Assembly: GCF_001194135.2 (NCBI RefSeq)
Contig: NC_068983.1
Span: 90,682,087-90,714,127, forward strand
Origin: Octopus bimaculoides
Lineage: Eukaryota
DNA: 32,041 bases
Direction of reading: 5' to 3'
Shown here: piece by piece, positions 1-9,292 of the stretch
Layout of the letters: every line of letters begins with the position of its first letter
How positions within the stretch are numbered: the stretch's first letter is position 1
Translations under genes and position numbers: made by a program
The notes under the pieces: generated by a model
Database searches by the model: none
Seen by the model: the letters and a program-made list of their open reading frames with translations, nothing else
Told to the model about the DNA's origin: nothing

Positions 1-51
<51 letters not shown>

Positions 52-60
52 ATATAAGTA
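1..60. repeat. (TG)n/(TA)n microsatellite
   Basis: Direct reading; one of many (TA)n, (CA)n, (GA)n and (GATA)n tracts in the window. Confidence 0.95.
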
Positions 61-61
61 T

Positions 62-290
62 ATATTGAAAAAAAAGTCGTCAGAATTTTGGAAAAAAACT
101 TCTTTAATTTATTTTATACCTACATTTTGATATTAATGTTTTCGTTCCTCTTTCGAAAATACAGAAATCTTGCTTATTTATATAAAACGTTTTTTTTGGA
201 TTTTGTTGATAAGAGAACATTGTTTTTGTTTTGTTTTTTGGGGTGAGGCTTTGGAGACAATGGAAGATGGATAAGCAGATAGATAGATAC

Positions 291-374
<84 letters not shown>

Positions 375-542
375 TCAGACAGATAGAAAGATGGGTAGGG
401 TAAAAGAGAGAGAGGGGCTTTTCTTTTTCCTATCCACCACTTTCATTGTATTGAAATGGATAAAAGTAAAAACTTGTTTACTACTTACACCATTGTTTTG
501 AGATGGTTTCTAGGGATGGTAAGAAAAGAAAAGAAAAAGAGG

Positions 543-606
<64 letters not shown>

Positions 607-1185
607 ATATAGATAGATAGATAGTTAGATAGACAGATAGATTGATAGTCAGACAGATAGATAGATGGGTAGGGTAAAAGAAAGAGAGAGAAGGGTTATT
701 CATTTCCTATCCACCACTTTCATTGTATTGAAATGGTCTTTTTAAGGATTGTCATATGTATATTTATATATATATAAAGTTATATATAAAGTTAAAGACT
801 TGTTTACTACTTTCACCATTGTTTTGAGATGGCTTCTAGGGATGGTAAGAAAAGGAAGAAATGAAAAGAAGAAAGAAGAAAAAATAGAGCATAAGAAATA
901 GAAAATATATTTGTAAATGTGAAAAATCAATTAGTAAAAATAACTATATTTATCATATCATACCCACACATATATGCATATACATACATACAAAACGCCC
1001 TCTTGATTTTTTTTCTCTTTCAAACATTTAATTTTGGAGAGAATCTTTTTATGAAGTGTAGTTCCATTGCCTTTCAGTATTGTGGATCGTCCCGTGTACA
1101 CTTGTGAAAAGGAAAGATCTTGAACTTTCCATCTCCGCATATTTCCAGATGTTTACTCAATGGAATCATTCTTAGTTCTTCTTGC
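62..1185 (-). repeat. PLE 3' end (endonuclease C-terminus + 3' UTR), left arm of inverted repeat
   Basis: Reverse complement of 4566-5565; for example 1141-1185 matches 4566-4610 exactly. Confidence 0.95.
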
Positions 1186-4100
1186 TGGATATGTTGCCTG
1201 TGAATTCTTGCACGTTGGCAGAGGGAGTTATTCATTTCGCCGATGTAATTTTCTTTACAGTTTGGGCAGGTAATGCAGTATATCAGATTTTGTGTTTAAC
1301 AGTTCATATCTGCATTTATTTTTTAAATAGATCTGCTCATGAATTTTATGTGGGAACCACTTTCGATGTATTTGAAGTTGTTGGTATTGTTACACGTTCC
1401 ACATCTCCTATCTCCAATTCTTTTACTATGAATTCTGGTTTAGTCTCTGATCTGAATTCTGCCCTTGTGAAATGTTTTTAAGGGTTTTTGGTTGGTGTCT
1501 GCTATTCCGTAAGGTGTTTTTTTCAATCAGAGTTTTCATCTTGGGGCTTTGAAGGAGTATAGGCAAGTTCAATTTTATGGTGTGGAATATGTTGTTCCAG
1601 GACTGTATGTGTTATTGAACGGAATCATGTTTTTCCTTTGGTGTCCGTAGTTGGGTGATATTCAGTTCCATTGCTGTTTTAATTTCTTCATTAATTAGGC
1701 CTAAGGGGTATTTTTGTATAGTAAGGAAGCCTTTCAGTTCGTTGAGTCTGGTTTCACGTGTTTTAGGGTCACTTACTATAGCACAAATGCGTGTAGCCAT
1801 GCTGCATGGGCTGTTTCTTTTGATGTGTGATGGATGGCAAGAGTAGAAATTTAAGTATTGGTGTGTATCGGTTTTTTTGTAAAATATGTCTGTTGTGACT
1901 GTGCAGTTTTGTATTTTCATGTGGATATCCAGGAATGGTAGTCCATTGCAACTGGATTCCGTTGTGAATTTGATGGAAGGATGAAGTGTGTTTAGTATAT
2001 TGTTAAATACGTTTAGATCTTCAGTCGATTTTTCCCAAAAAGTAAAGCAATCATCAAGGAAGCGTTTCTTTTTTTTAATATCTTTCTTGTATTCCTGATC
2101 AAAAGATTTTTCTACTTCCTCATAGATCTTTTCTTCTAAGTATCCCATAACTAAGTTTGCATATGAGGGCACAAATCGTGTACCCATTATCTGTCAATAT
2201 GTTTTATTGTCGAATTTAAAGGTATTTTCCTCTAGTACTAGACATGTGGCCTTGGTGATGAAGTCAGTCTTGAAGCGATCATTTATCCGTTCTCTATGTT
2301 TTTCTACCCAGTGTTTGATTGCTTCTAGGCCTAAAGGTGAGGTATATTGGTATAGAGATTAGTGACATCAAAACTTGCCAGTATAGTATCTTCTGCAACA
2401 GTGGGTGGGGGATGTGTTGGATGAAATCTATGCCATCTCGTACATAGCTGGGTATTAATGGTCACAAAAGTTTTAGGAGTATATCTAAAGAATGACTTAG
2501 CTGTTGTGTTGGTGCTTGAGGTCCAGCAACTATTGACCTTAGTTTGAGGTCAGCAGGTCTTAGTATTTCTACATATTGGTTTTTCTGCTTATTTATGGCA
2601 TTTTGTATTTCGGAGCTTTTGTGGATTTTAGGCAATCCGTAAAAATTGCTCTCTTTGATTACAGAGTTGCATATATACTCTTTTTCCTTGTCATCGAAAG
2701 AATCTTGGAATTCATTGATTAGTCTTCTGATTTTATTCATTATTGTTTTTCTGAGTGTCTTGGTTCTTCCTTATTGTAGGTTTCGTTTGTTAACATTTCC
2801 AATATTTTATCTTTATAATAGTCTTTGTCCATGATAACTATTGGCCCTCCTTGTCAGCTTCTTTTAGGATGATTGTGTTGTCATTCTTCAGTGTTTGTAA
2901 AGCTTTCTTTTCTTTTTTACAAAGGTTTTGTTTACATCTGTGGGTATTTAGGGGAAATTTTGAAATTGTGTCTATATACGCATCCAAATATTTGTCCTTT
3001 CCCTTATAGGGAGTGAAGTGGGATTTATTTTGGACTATTGATTCATCATTTAAGTCTTTATGGTTGAAGAATTCTATAAGTCTGAGATGACAGTTGAAGT
3101 GTTCAATATCAGATTTCAGTTCAATTAGGTTAGGCGTGGATGTCGGGGTAAACTTTAAACCTTTTAACAGGAGGTTGATCTCATTGCTGTTGATGTTCCT
3201 ATTTGATAAATTTATAATTTTCGGGTGTATATGTTGTGTGTAGTTAATTAACTTTGGTGTATTATTGGGTCCAGTGTGTGGTTTTGGTATTTCCTCCCTA
3301 AAAAAGGAATTGTGTTTCCACGTCTTCATTGTCTGGTCTTGGTGTTCTGATTTCCATGTAGGTGAGAGGATGGTTCATGTCTTTTATACCAATTCTGTTG
3401 ATTATAAGTTTCGTTTTCTTCCCATCTTTCATGCTTTTTTCGCCATTCAAGATATATGGGAATATTGGTTGTAAATCGTGTTTCTTGAGTTGTCATGATT
3501 ATTATTCCTATTAGAGTATCTGTGCTGTCTGTATTTTATTTGTTTTTCTTCCTATATATTCATCCATCTGGGGTACATGTTATTACGGGTTGGTGGTTGT
3601 CTTTCATGTCTGTTTTCCTTTTCATTTATCCATCTACAGTGTTTGGACGTCTTCTATATTTCATTTGTTGGCTATTTGCAGTGTTATGTATTGTTGGATA
3701 TGGTTTTCTAGTCTGTACTTGGGGCGAGATGGAGGTCGTTTCCGTGTATGTTTTTGGGTAATTAGAGGTTCAGTATCTCAGTTCGATTCCTCTGGGGTTA
3801 GTGTCTATATTTGTTTTCAATTTCTTCGTTGTTGTGGTTTCGTTTTCAGAATAGATTTATCTCCATAGTTTTTTTCATAGTTAGTGAACCACTCTTGTTG
3901 TTTTTCCCACATTTTTATGGATTTCTCTTCTCGCTTTGTATCTTTTTTCCATAGTTTTTGCAGTTTTTCATGATATTGATTGTTGCTTTGCTCAGCAATT
4001 TCAGCAAACATAATTGCGTCAATATTCTTCACTTTTTCTTCGTGTCTTGCTTTTCACGATTGTAGAAGAGCGATTTCTGTTTCCAATTGGCATAGAGCTA

Positions 4101-4560
4101 AACTCGCACGTGTATTTGTCTCTTCCAGTGATTCATTCCTTATTTCTTTAATAAGAAATTTTCTGGGCAGGGCTGGTTTTTCTTAACTTCGCCAGTTCTG
4201 GTAGGTGTTTGCTATATTGTTGCATCGAATGCTTTTCCAGTATGCATGTTTCCTTTGATTCAGGAGTTTCCTCCAGAGATATGGTTTTAAGGTATTATGC
4301 TGATGTACTTCTAGAGATGTGGCTTCAAGTGAGTTTGTCCTTGTAGTTTGTCTGTTATTGGAGCACCTTCCATATGGGTATCATTTACAGTTCTATCTGT
4401 ATTTGTGAAGATTGCATCTAGTCTTGAAATAAGTAAATTTAACGTATTAGATATTTCTGTAAGAAGTGCTTCTGTATTAGTTGTGTATCTTGGCTGTGAG
4501 TCTGATTGTGTTCCATTCATTCTGGCGTTTTGTACATCCAAGGATATATGTACAGAGTGT
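1020..4560 (-). pseudogene. Disrupted PLE polyprotein: N-terminal region, DKG, RT, thumb, Cys linker, GIY-YIG endonuclease
   Basis: Manual translation across frameshifts and stops gives ILKEADK(G), FYGLPKIHK, LRSIVAGP, SFDVTNLYTNIP, MGTRFVPSYAN, RFLDDCF, LPFLDI, YKKTDTHQYL..SCHP, CGDRRCGTC, NLIYCITCPNCKENYIGE, RARIHRQHI and KFKIFPF..MELHFIKRFSPKLNV-stop. The Cys linker and CxxC between GIY and YIG fit Neptune/Naiad-type PLEs; the clade is an inference. Confidence 0.9.
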
Positions 4561-4565
4561 TAGAG

Positions 4566-4966
4566 GCAAGAAGAACTAAGAATGATTCCATTGAGTAAAC
4601 ATCTGGAAATATGCGGAGACGGAAAGTTCAAGATCTTTCCCTTTTACAAATGTACACGGGACGATCCACAATATCGAAAGGCAATGGAACTACACTTCAT
4701 AAAAAGATTCTCTCCAAAGTTAAATGTTTGAAAGAGAAAAAAGAAAAGCAAAGAGTACGTTTTGTATGTATGTATATGTATATATGTGTGGGTATGATAT
4801 GATAGATATAGTTATTTTTACGAATTGATTTTTCAAATTTACAAATATTATATTTTCTATTTCTTATTCTCTATTTTTTCTTCTTTCTTCTTTTCATTTC
4901 TTCCTTTTCTTACCATCCCTAGAAACCATCTCAAAACAATGGTGTAAGTAGTAAACAAGTCTTTAC

Positions 4967-5009
<43 letters not shown>

Positions 5010-5565
5010 TATATATATTTGACAATCCTTAAAAAGACCATTTCAATACAATGAAAGTGGTGGATAGGAAATGAATAGCCCTTCTCTCTCTTTCTACCTG
5101 TCTGACTATCAATCTATCTGTCTATCTATATATATTTCTTCTTTTTTTTTCTTTTCTTTTCTTCCCTAGAAACCATCTCAAAACGATGGTGTAAATAGTA
5201 AACAAGTTTTTACCTTTATCCATTTCAATACAATGAAAGTGGTGGATAGGAAAATGAATAGCCCCTCTCTCTCTTTTACCCTACCCATCTTTCCATCTGT
5301 CTGACTATCAGTCTGTCTGTGTATCTATCTGCTTATCCATCTTCCATTGTCTCCAAAGCCTCACCCCAAAAGACAAAACAAAAACAATGTTCTCTTATAA
5401 ACAAAATCCCCAAAAAACATGTTTTATACAAATAAGCAAGATTTCTGTAATTTCACAGAATTATATTTGATAAGTTCGAAAGACAAACGGAAGCACTAAT
5501 ATCAAAATGAAAGTATAAAATAAAGAAATTTTTTCCAAAATTCTGACGACTTATTTTTTCAATAT
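4566..5565 (+). repeat. Inverted pseudo-LTR-like copy of the PLE 3' end, right arm
   Basis: Encodes QEELRMIPLSKHLEICGDGKFKIFPFYKCTRDDPQYRKAMELHFIKRFSPKLNV-stop, then the same UTR as the left arm. Confidence 0.95.
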
Positions 5566-5614
5566 TTAATTCTGTACATCACACCTGACACTCTAGTAGT
5601 AGTAGTAGTAGTAC

Positions 5615-5648
<34 letters not shown>

Positions 5649-5651
5649 TAT

Positions 5652-5717
5652 ACTGTTTCAAGTGTGCTTGTCCGAAACAGTAAGGACTTCCGCTAACTTA
5701 ACTGAGGAAGGAGGGCT
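5652..5717 (+). ncRNA. Candidate rearranged hammerhead ribozyme, copy 1
   Basis: ACTGT-T-TCAAGT (5652-5663), TCC-GAA-ACAGT (5671-5681), ACTTAA-CTGAGGA-A-GGA (5696-5712). Stem III 5 bp, stem I 5/6 bp, stem II ~3 bp. Read by eye. Confidence 0.55.
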
Positions 5718-6377
5718 ACGAATGAACCTTCTCTTTTTGCCTGTCCTAGTTTTTGTTTCTCCTGTCTGCCTCTGTATCGTCTATCTGTCCGAATGTTTTA
5801 TTCTCCTCTATTGAGTTTTTGTTCTATTTTTTATATCTATATATACATATAGGCATACGTACACACTTCTGCTCACCTTATAGTAGGTATCTACATTTTG
5901 TATGACTCTTACTCTATCTTTTAGTTCTCCTCATACTTTCTTCTTCTTTTCTTTTACTTGTTCTCCCCTCTCTCTCTCACATTTCTTGGCCCTTTCTGTC
6001 CTTAACTCCAACTGTTTCCCCTTCATTTATCTCCCCTGTACCTTTCCCAGTCTGATTTTTTTCTAATCCTTCAATCCTGCTGCCCCCACTCTCTCCTTCC
6101 ATGTGACTGGTCTGTCCAGTCATAAGCTTTCTTTCTTGGCCTGACTGCCGACCACCAACACCTCTTATGTGCCTCTCCTATGTTCCTGCCTTTAGGCTTT
6201 CACTTAATACACGCCAGCTCAATTTCATTCATTCTCAGTCAAAAGACACCTGTTGTTATTTTCCTTTTTTTTGTAATTGTAATTGTGTACCATGTTCTCC
6301 ATTTTTTTGTCTTTGATGCCATACACATTTGCTAGCTTTCTTCTTAGCTTAGACTTTTTTGGGGGCAACCAGATTGA

Positions 6378-6442
6378 ACTGTCTCAAGTGTGACTGCCCG
6401 AAGCAGTAAGGACTTCCGGTAACCTGACTGAGGGAGAAGGGC
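6378..6442 (+). ncRNA. Candidate rearranged hammerhead ribozyme, copy 2 (core mutated)
   Basis: ACTGT-C-TCAAGT (6378-6389), GCCC-GAA-GCAGT (6396-6407), ACCTGA-CTGAGGG-AGAA-GGGC (6422-6442). A9 and A15.1 are changed to G. Confidence 0.5.
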
Positions 6443-6574
6443 CATGAATGACTCGTCTTTTTTTGCCTGTCCTTTAATTGTTGTTTTTTTCCTGTCCGCC
6501 TATCTACTGAATGTTTTATTGTACTCTATTGCGTTTTTGTTCCATTATATATATATATATATATATACACATAT

Positions 6575-6772
6575 ATATTTCGTTTTGGGATTTGGTTTGC
6601 AAGATTTTTTATGTGATTTCGTGTTGAAGCATATACTGTTGTGTCTGGGGAGAGTCATTTCCTTATTGTGCCTTAAAATTTAACACACTCACCGGTAAAA
6701 TTTCCACTTATTTCTTATTTTTATTTTCCTAAAATTTTCGTTGCGTCTTGCAACCTTTTCAATAGTCTTGAT
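6575..6772 (+). repeat. ~190 bp terminal repeat module (atttcgttttggga...gcgtcttgcaaccttttcaatag)
   Basis: A second copy lies in opposite orientation at 15043-15240. Confidence 0.9.
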
Positions 6773-6791
6773 GGTCAGAGTGAAGACTATT

Positions 6792-7070
6792 NNNNNNNNN
6801 NNNNNNNNNNNNNNNNNNNNNNNNNNNNNNNNNNNNNNNNNNNNNNNNNNNNNNNNNNNNNNNNNNNNNNNNNNNNNNNNNNNNNNNNNNNNNNNNNNNN
6901 NNNNNNNNNNNNNNNNNNNNNNNNNNNNNNNNNNNNNNNNNNNNNNNNNNNNNNNNNNNNNNNNNNNNNNNNNNNNNNNNNNNNNNNNNNNNNNNNNNNN
7001 NNNNNNNNNNNNNNNNNNNNNNNNNNNNNNNNNNNNNNNNNNNNNNNNNNNNNNNNNNNNNNNNNNNNNA
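6792..7070. other. Assembly gap
   Basis: N run. Confidence 1.
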
Positions 7071-7588
7071 CATATATGTATGTATGTATATACATATGTA
7101 ATATATTTTGAATATAGAGATGTCTGTGTATTTGCTTTTCACGTGAAAATTGCTTCACCAACTGCTTCCATATTTGTGATGCATGAATAATTTGGCCTTG
7201 GACAAATGTTAGGCTCTTCATTTGATCTTTTTACTAAAAATAATATTGCTTCATATATATCATTCACTTCTTTAAAAAGGTTTCTCTATGTCAGCTTCCA
7301 GTATTGATGTAGCAACACCAAAAAGCTTCACTCCCTATTTCTGTGCTTTCATTTCAAGTTTTAATTCACTATTTGCAAACAACTATGATAAATTACTGAA
7401 AGAAATATATATTAAGTTCACAAATTTAAACATTCTGTACAAGAGCTTTTATTTATATGATTTTTTCATTTCATGTTTATTACATTCATTGTTCGCAATA
7501 TTCTCTCTCTCACACACACACACATCAGTCACACATGCACACGTGTGTTTTTGTAAGTACATTTGTATACATTTATGTATGTGTTTGT

Positions 7589-7619
<31 letters not shown>

Positions 7620-8004
7620 TGAGAGAGAGAGAGAGATAGAGAGATAGAGTGAATGAGTGAGTCAAGGGGTGCGTTGTCATGTATACATACATAAATTCAT
7701 ATGCATACATTTGTATGTATGTGTGTGAGGCTTAGAGAGAGAGAGTGATGTCTATGTGGCATTCTCTCTCTCATACACACACACACACACAAAAAAATGT
7801 ATGCATATTTTTGTATGTACGTATACATGACAACACACCCCTTCTCTTTCTCTCTCATACATGTCCATTTCATCTGATGTTTGATACTCTGTGTGTGTGC
7901 ATGTGTGGGGAGTTCCACAATTGCCTTTTATTTCAATTACTCTTGTGAAGATATTCATGTAACTCATTTTTTCATTTAATCCCCATTTTAATTTTTGTAA
8001 AAGA

Positions 8005-9261
8005 TGAGTCGGGGTGGATGTAGATGATCAGTATTCTACAGTGAAGCAAAGATGAGTACAAGTAGCCAGAGTCAATGTTGAATCCTGCAACTCTGTTAAT
8101 TCTATCAAGTATGTTTGCAAATATATAAACAAAGGCTTAGATGCTGCAACATACACTCTTATGTGAATGGCAGTCAGCTGATAAACAAAAATGACGAAGA
8201 TGCACAGTATGACAGAGGAAGATACATTAGTACCAATGAAGCTTTTTGGTGCATCTTCAATTTTCCCATTCATGAGAGGCACCCAGCCATCATTCATCTA
8301 AGTGTCCATCTAGAGAATGACCACAGGGTTATCTTTACAAAACAAGCAACCTTGCAACAAGCACTTTCTTCAAAAGAAACTAGCCTTACTATCTTTTTTA
8401 AGTTGTGTCAAGTAGATGAAGATGCAAGAAAACTCCTTTACCCACAATTGCGCAAGTATTACACCTGAAAAAAACAATAAATGGCACAAGAGAAAATGTG
8501 GGGCTAAATGCTCTTGCAAGAGTTTACAGTGTCTCCCACAAGCCAAGCAGAATGCTACTACTTACGCCTCCTTTTGCATGAAGTATGTGGTTCCAAGATT
8601 CGATGGTCATGTGTGAAACTTATAGGGAAGCATGCTATCAACAAAGTTTCTTTTAGAAAATGATGAATATTGGGACTTTGCATTGAGTGAAGCATCAGTA
8701 TCAGATTCTCCAAGGAAACTCTGTAACCTTTTTGCAATTATACTGAACATGTGTCAACTTGGCAGTCCCCTACAGCTTTAGATGAAACATCATGAGGAGA
8801 CGGCTGAGGATTTAAAGTATGCAGTTCAACAGGCAAACCCAGATATCAGTATTCAGTTCTCTGAAATAATTTTTAACTAAGCACTGACTGAAATTGAGGA
8901 TTGAGTTTTGGCCATGGGAGGCAAAAATTTGCAAGAGTCTGGCTCTGGACTGCTGAAAACAAGCCATCAAATTAGTGATTTAACTTCAAGAGACATATCA
9001 AAAGAGACAAATTATGACATCACAGACTTGGTTACATTTGTGAATGAACATGAACCTAAACTTCTTCCAAAACAACACTGTGCATATAAGATTTTTTATT
9101 TTTATTATTATTATTTTTGTATTATGAATTCAGAATTGATTTCCCAATTGATGAATAAACTCAATTTAGAATAACAAATTTCTTTACAGCATATTTTTCT
9201 TTTATCTTCCAATATACAAGGAACAATTTCATTCCTGGGCAATGCTGGGTGCCTCTGCTAG
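8005..9261 (+). mobile_element. Helitron RepHel fragment with 3' terminus
   Basis: VNVESCNSVNSIKYVCKYINKG (Rep Y2 motif), GRYISTNEAFWCIFNFPIHERHP, ECYYLRLLLHEV and LENDEYWDFALSEA, with stops and frameshifts. The 3' end has a CpG-decayed hairpin (cctgggcaatgctggg, 9234-9249) then CTAG (9258-9261) followed by T. Confidence 0.9.
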
Positions 9262-9292
9262 TTTATACATAATATATATATATACATATATA

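Larger units (their letters stand above)
62..5565 (-). mobile_element. Penelope-like retroelement (RT + C-terminal GIY-YIG), near full length, with an inverted copy of its 3' end upstream
   Basis: Minus-strand RT and endonuclease remnants (next feature) bounded by arms 62-1185 and 4566-5565, which are reverse complements of each other. No target-site duplication seen. Confidence 0.92.
5652..6791 (+). mobile_element. Non-coding repeat element with ~170-180 bp direct repeats (5652-~5830, 6378-~6546), probably PLE-associated or retrozyme-like
   Basis: Two diverged copies of actgtytcaagtgtg...ccgaarcagtaaggacttccg...actgaggragragggc...gaatgttttatt, offset 726 nt. They are followed by (TA)n and a terminal module also found at 15043-15240. 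Confidence 0.7.

Noticed and set aside
1041-4050. Other in-frame TGA codons of the PLE as selenocysteine
   Set aside because: They fall at likely Arg positions; the right arm has CGA at one of them, which indicates CpG decay.
5045-5270. ATGA...AAA motifs as a SECIS element
   Set aside because: No helix II partner and no 3' GA quartet found by eye.
5470-5560. GAAA ... CTGACGA in the PLE 3' UTR as a type II hammerhead
   Set aside because: Stem II register is wrong, stems I and III are absent, and the upstream part is deleted in the left arm.
6000-6250. Spacer of the direct-repeat element as a GIY-YIG C-terminus (VTGLSSH, PLGF..SFI)
   Set aside because: Similarity is too short and frame-broken to call without a search.
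7095-7400. Coding-looking minus-strand stretch (FANSELKLEMKAQ...IYEAILFLVKRSNEEPNICPRPNY)
   Set aside because: Contains stops and a frameshift, has no recognisable family and no clear splice sites.
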